A stretch of DNA of 64,000 nucleotides from an uncultured Pseudomonadota bacterium. GTDB lineage: Bacteria; Myxococcota_A; Polyangia; Fen-1088. The stretch lies in contig CAWKBC010000001.1 of the NCBI GenBank assembly GCA_963847705.1, forward strand, positions 128,001-192,000, in the 5' to 3' direction. The notes beneath the pieces were generated by a model. It ran no database searches. It saw nothing but the letters and a program-made list of their open reading frames with translations, and was not told the DNA's origin. How positions within the stretch are numbered: the first letter of the stretch is position 1; each line of letters starts with the position of its first letter. The translations under genes were made by a program, and so were the position numbers. This document shows positions 60,368 to 64,000 of the stretch, one piece after another.

Positions 60368-60393
60368 CAGGGCGTCGGGGCCCTGTTTTTTTT
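60367..60393 (+). terminator. Rho-independent terminator
   Basis: ACAGGGC-GTCGGG-GCCCTGT hairpin followed by a T tract, closing the third ECF operon. Confidence 0.75.
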
Positions 60394-60465
60394 GAACCAT
60401 TCGGCACCGCGGACGGCCACTGCGGGCCAAACGGACATTCTCCGTTCAAATCGAGGAGCGAAACC

Positions 60466-61761
60466 ATGAAGGCAGCACGTCTGTCGATCCTGATTCTGGC
60501 CGGTGGCATCGCAAGCATCTCTGGGTGCGGCGGCTCGGACGCGGGCGGAACCGGCGGCTCGGGCACCGGCGGCTCTTCGAACACCGGCGGGACGATCGGG
60601 ACTGGCGGCACGCGCGCCGGCACGGGCGGCTCGGGCACGGGCGGCTTCGGCACGGGCGGCTCGCAAACTGGAGGCGCTGCCGGTTCGCGGGCCACCGGCG
60701 GCGCGACTGGGACGGGCGGCGCCATCGCCACCGGCGGCGCGACCGGGACCGGCGGTGTCGCCACCGGCGGCGCGACCGGGACCGGCGGTGTCGCCACGGG
60801 CGGCACGACCGGGACCGGCGGTGTCGCCACCGGCGGCGCGGGGGGCGGGGGCGGGACCTCTGCCAGCGGAGGCGGTGCTGGTCACGGCGCCACCGGCGGT
60901 GAGAACGGTACCGGTGGCAGCGCGGGCGGCACGGGCAGCGGAACCTGCACGGCCTCGAAATCCGCCGGCGCGAGCGCGTCGGGCACGGGACCGCACAAGG
61001 TGACCGTCGAGACGAACGCCGACTCCGGAATCAACCAGGGAACCATCTTCCGGCCGTCCGATCTGGGCGGCACGGAGAAGTACCCCATCTTCGTCTGGGG
61101 CGAGGGCGGCTGTTCGGAGAATGGGCTCTCGAACTCGGCCGCGATGGGCGAGATCGCGTCGTACGGATACTTCGTCATCGCCGACGGCGTCCCCAACGGC
61201 AGCGCCTCCCGCACGATGACCTCGGGCGACCCCTCGACGATGGGGGTCCCGCTGCTGGCGTACGTCACCTGGGCGATCGCCGAGAACGACAAGCCCTGCA
61301 GCGCCTACTACCAGGCCCTGGACACCACCAAGGTGGCGGCCAACGGATTCTCGTGCGGAGGATTGATGTCCGAGGGGACCGCCGGCGATTCGCGCATCAC
61401 GACCTGGGGACTCAACAGCAGCGGGCTCCTGAGCGCGGACCCGACCTATCTCAAGACAGTCCATACCCCGGTCCTGGTCGTGCTGGGCGGTTCCGGCGAC
61501 ATCGCCTACACGAACGGCGAGCGCGACTACTCGACCATCGCCGGCAACGGGATTCCGATCATGCTGTTCAGCAAGGCGCTGGGGCACGGTGGTGACCTCT
61601 TCAGCGCCCATGGTGGCGATTTCACCAAGATCGATCTGGCCTGGCTCAACTGGCAGCTCAAGGGCGACACCACCGCCACCGGCAAGGGCCTGCTGATCGG
61701 CCCGAGCTGCCCTTACTGCAGCGACAGCGCCTGGGAAGTGAAGTCCCAGAACATCCAGTAG
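60466..61761 (+). CDS. Alpha/beta-hydrolase lipoprotein with Gly/Thr linker
   Basis: Lipobox ISGC; YPIFVWGEGGC, IASYGYFVIA, GFSCGG, GDIAY, GHGG. Confidence 0.82.
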   Translation: MKAARLSILILAGGIASISGCGGSDAGGTGGSGTGGSSNTGGTIGTGGTRAGTGGSGTGGFGTGGSQTGGAAGSRATGGATGTGGAIATGGATGTGGVATGGATGTGGVATGGTTGTGGVATGGAGGGGGTSASGGGAGHGATGGENGTGGSAGGTGSGTCTASKSAGASASGTGPHKVTVETNADSGINQGTIFRPSDLGGTEKYPIFVWGEGGCSENGLSNSAAMGEIASYGYFVIADGVPNGSASRTMTSGDPSTMGVPLLAYVTWAIAENDKPCSAYYQALDTTKVAANGFSCGGLMSEGTAGDSRITTWGLNSSGLLSADPTYLKTVHTPVLVVLGGSGDIAYTNGERDYSTIAGNGIPIMLFSKALGHGGDLFSAHGGDFTKIDLAWLNWQLKGDTTATGKGLLIGPSCPYCSDSAWEVKSQNIQ

Positions 61762-61764
61762 CCC

Positions 61765-61814
61765 CGCCGATCCCGGGCGTCGCTGACGCTCCTCGGCGCC
61801 GCGCCTCTTTTTTT
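61765..61814 (+). terminator. Possible Rho-independent terminator
   Basis: Interrupted hairpin (CGCCGA...GCGTC-GCT-GACGC...TCGGCG) with a T tract shortly after. Confidence 0.4.
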
Positions 61815-61873
61815 GTAACGAAAGTGCGAGAGCCGGCCACTGACAACGTGGTCCGCTCTCACCTGGAGGTCAA

Positions 61874-62911
61874 ATGAGGACGACGCGCGCGCAAGCTCTG
61901 TTCCTGGGAATCGCCGCGACCGGGCTCGTCGCCTGCAGCGGAAGCAGCGCCACCAGCGGCGGGACCGGTGGCACGGCCGTTTCGACCGGAGGCGCTGCTC
62001 CCACGGGCGGGTCGGTCGGCTCCGGCGGGAGCGCCAGCGGTGGCAACGGCGCGCGGGGCGGGAACGGCGGTGGCAGCGGCGGGGCGGTCTCCGTCGCCGA
62101 CGCCGGCGCGCCCTGCACGATGGGCAGCTGGCCCGCGGCCAATCCCACCGTCGCCGGTCCATTCGCGACGGTCACCGAGGACAACGTCGGCCCCGCGGCG
62201 GGCGTGGGAGCCGACGGCGGCCCACCCGTCGCCTTCACGATGTTCCGTCCAAAGGATCTCGGCCAAGGTGGTCTGTGCCACCCGGTCGTGACCTGGGGCA
62301 ACGGAACGGGCGCGAACCCCAGCCTCTACAAGGTGCTGCTGAATCAGCTCGCCTCGCACGGGTTCGTCGTCATCGCCTCGGACAGCCCGAACGTCTCGCA
62401 AGGGAGCCCGGCTCCGATGCTGGCCGGGGTGACCTGGGTGCTGCAAGAGAATGACGATCCGACCAGCGAGCTCTATCAGAAGATCGACACCACCCACGTC
62501 GGCGCGACCGGCCACTCGCAGGGCGCGTTCGCGACGACGACCGCCGGCGCGGACAGCCGCATCACCACCATCGCCCCTCTCTGCGGCGCCTCCGCCCAAC
62601 GGAACCTGCACGGTCCCGCCTGGCTGTTCTGCGGGGGCATGGACACCACCGTCCCCTGCAGCACCGTGCAGAGCTCCTTCACCGCCATCACCAACGTCCC
62701 CATCATGCTGGCCGACTACCTCTCCGTCGATCACGCCAGCTGGATCACCTTCCGGGGCACGACCCCTGGACCCGTCGAAGCGGCCGTGACCGCCTGGATG
62801 CGCGTGCAACTGATGGGCGACAGCGCGCTGCGCTCCTGGTTCTACGGCGCGTCGTGCAAGCTGTGCACCGACGCGGGCTGGCAGGTCATGCAGAAGATGA
62901 TGGACCAGTAG
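61874..62911 (+). CDS. Cutinase/chlorophyllase-like alpha/beta-hydrolase lipoprotein
   Basis: Lipobox LVAC; HPVVTWGNG, LASHGFVV, GHSQG, GMDTTV, DHASW. Confidence 0.82.
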   Translation: MRTTRAQALFLGIAATGLVACSGSSATSGGTGGTAVSTGGAAPTGGSVGSGGSASGGNGARGGNGGGSGGAVSVADAGAPCTMGSWPAANPTVAGPFATVTEDNVGPAAGVGADGGPPVAFTMFRPKDLGQGGLCHPVVTWGNGTGANPSLYKVLLNQLASHGFVVIASDSPNVSQGSPAPMLAGVTWVLQENDDPTSELYQKIDTTHVGATGHSQGAFATTTAGADSRITTIAPLCGASAQRNLHGPAWLFCGGMDTTVPCSTVQSSFTAITNVPIMLADYLSVDHASWITFRGTTPGPVEAAVTAWMRVQLMGDSALRSWFYGASCKLCTDAGWQVMQKMMDQ

Positions 62912-63157
62912 AGAATCGAAGCCCGGCCCCGTCCGGCGATCTGGACCTTTTTCCGCCGGCGCGCGAGCTTGGCGAGCACCCTGTCGAGGCTCTGCTGGTC
63001 CAGCCATCCAGGCGGATCCGTCGATTCACCCGGAATGCTGCGACCACAACCACCCGCAGCCGCGGTACACTGCGCGCTCGGCCGCAGGCGAAGGGATCTC
63101 GTTCCGCCGGCCCCACTTGGTCGTTAAATGACTTGGTTATTTGAAGGAGGCTCTGCC

Positions 63158-64000
63158 ATGGGTTCATTCGGACAGGTCCGAAGCCGTTCATTGGTCTTGG
63201 CTCTGATGTTCGTCCTGGGTTGCGGGAGCAGCGGATCTGGAGGCGGCGGAACGGGTGGATCCCAAGCGACCGGCGGGGCGACGGGAAGCGGCGGAGCGAG
63301 CGCAACCGGCGGATCCCACGGCACCGGCGGAGCGAACGGAACGGGAGGGGTGAGCGCGACGGGGGGCTCGCTCGGGACCGGTGGCGCGAGCGCCACGGGC
63401 GGCGCGAGCGGCACCGGTGGCGCGCACGCGACCGGCGGAGCGAGCGCGACGGGCGGCTCGGTCGGAGCGGGCGGCGCAGCGGGCAAAGGCGCGGCTGGTG
63501 GCAGCGGCACCGGCGGCGCTGGATCGGGCGGGCACGGCGGCGCGGCTGGCGGCGGGGGTCACGGCGGGGCCTCGAGCGGCACCGGCGGGACGAGCGCGAC
63601 CGGCGGCGCGTCGGGTTCGACCGGGGCCACCGACGGTGGCGCCTTGCCGGGTTGGGTCCTCACCTGGTCCGACGAGTTCAACGGACCGGATGGCTCGGCC
63701 GTCGATTCGACGAAGTGGGTCTACGACACGGGCGGTGGCGGGTGGGGAAACAACGAGCTCGAGACCTACACCAGCGGCACGGCCAACGCCGTCATTCAAG
63801 GCGGGAACCTGGTGATCACGGCGGCCAGCACGGGCGGGTCGAGCTACACCAGCGCGCGCCTCAAGACGCTAGGGAAATTCAGCCAGCAGTACGGCCGCTT
63901 CGAGGCGCGGATCCAGATCCCGGAGGGGCAGGGATTGTGGCCCGCGTTCTGGATGATGGGTGCCGACATCAACACCGTCAACTGGCCGTCTTGCGGCGAG
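63158..64000 (+). CDS. GH16 (laminarinase-like) lipoprotein, truncated by the window edge
   Basis: Not in the ORF track. AGGAGG SD, lipobox VLGC, Gly linker, WSDEFNG, WGNNELETY, YTSARLKT, YGRFEARI, GLWPAFWM, WPSCGE. Confidence 0.9.
   Translation, partial: MGSFGQVRSRSLVLALMFVLGCGSSGSGGGGTGGSQATGGATGSGGASATGGSHGTGGANGTGGVSATGGSLGTGGASATGGASGTGGAHATGGASATGGSVGAGGAAGKGAAGGSGTGGAGSGGHGGAAGGGGHGGASSGTGGTSATGGASGSTGATDGGALPGWVLTWSDEFNGPDGSAVDSTKWVYDTGGGGWGNNELETYTSGTANAVIQGGNLVITAASTGGSSYTSARLKTLGKFSQQYGRFEARIQIPEGQGLWPAFWMMGADINTVNWPSCGE

Noticed and set aside
61840-61848. Single CTGACAAC upstream of the gene at 61874
   Set aside because: No second half-site at 19-21 bp, so it was not counted as a motif copy

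Overview
GC-rich (roughly 70%) bacterial DNA, most consistent with Myxococcota (MYXO-CTERM tails, Gly/Thr-rich lipoproteins, ECF/TPR anti-sigma cassettes). Almost the whole window is a hemicellulose (arabinoxylan-type) utilisation region. It contains araBAD plus a LamB-family porin and about 20 secreted enzymes: 4x GH54, 3x GH30, 2x GH39, GH10, GH11, GH27, GH16, CE1-like esterases, an SGNH esterase and alpha/beta hydrolases. Nearly all of these are tethered by a lipobox plus Gly/Thr/Ser linker or by a MYXO-CTERM tail. Also present are a glycosylation-like module (GT2s, two GT-C-like membrane proteins, split transketolase, SDR), AraC and LuxR regulators, a PAS-GGDEF-EAL protein and three ECF sigma/anti-sigma cassettes. 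Main unexplained signals: (1) a strand-oriented bipartite element (S/A)TGACAA-N15-GACAA found about 17 times, nearly always upstream of a gene, including one ECF sigma and the AraC regulator; (2) ECF-antisigma-outer-membrane protein-lipoprotein cassettes with no TonB receptor, in which one terminal lipoprotein is an esterase that has lost both catalytic Ser and His; (3) a hidden two-gene micro-operon ending in a HIT/MYND-like zinc finger; (4) four single-base frameshifts, two in the identical GAT(T)CTG context. All family calls come from motif recognition by eye; no database searches were run.
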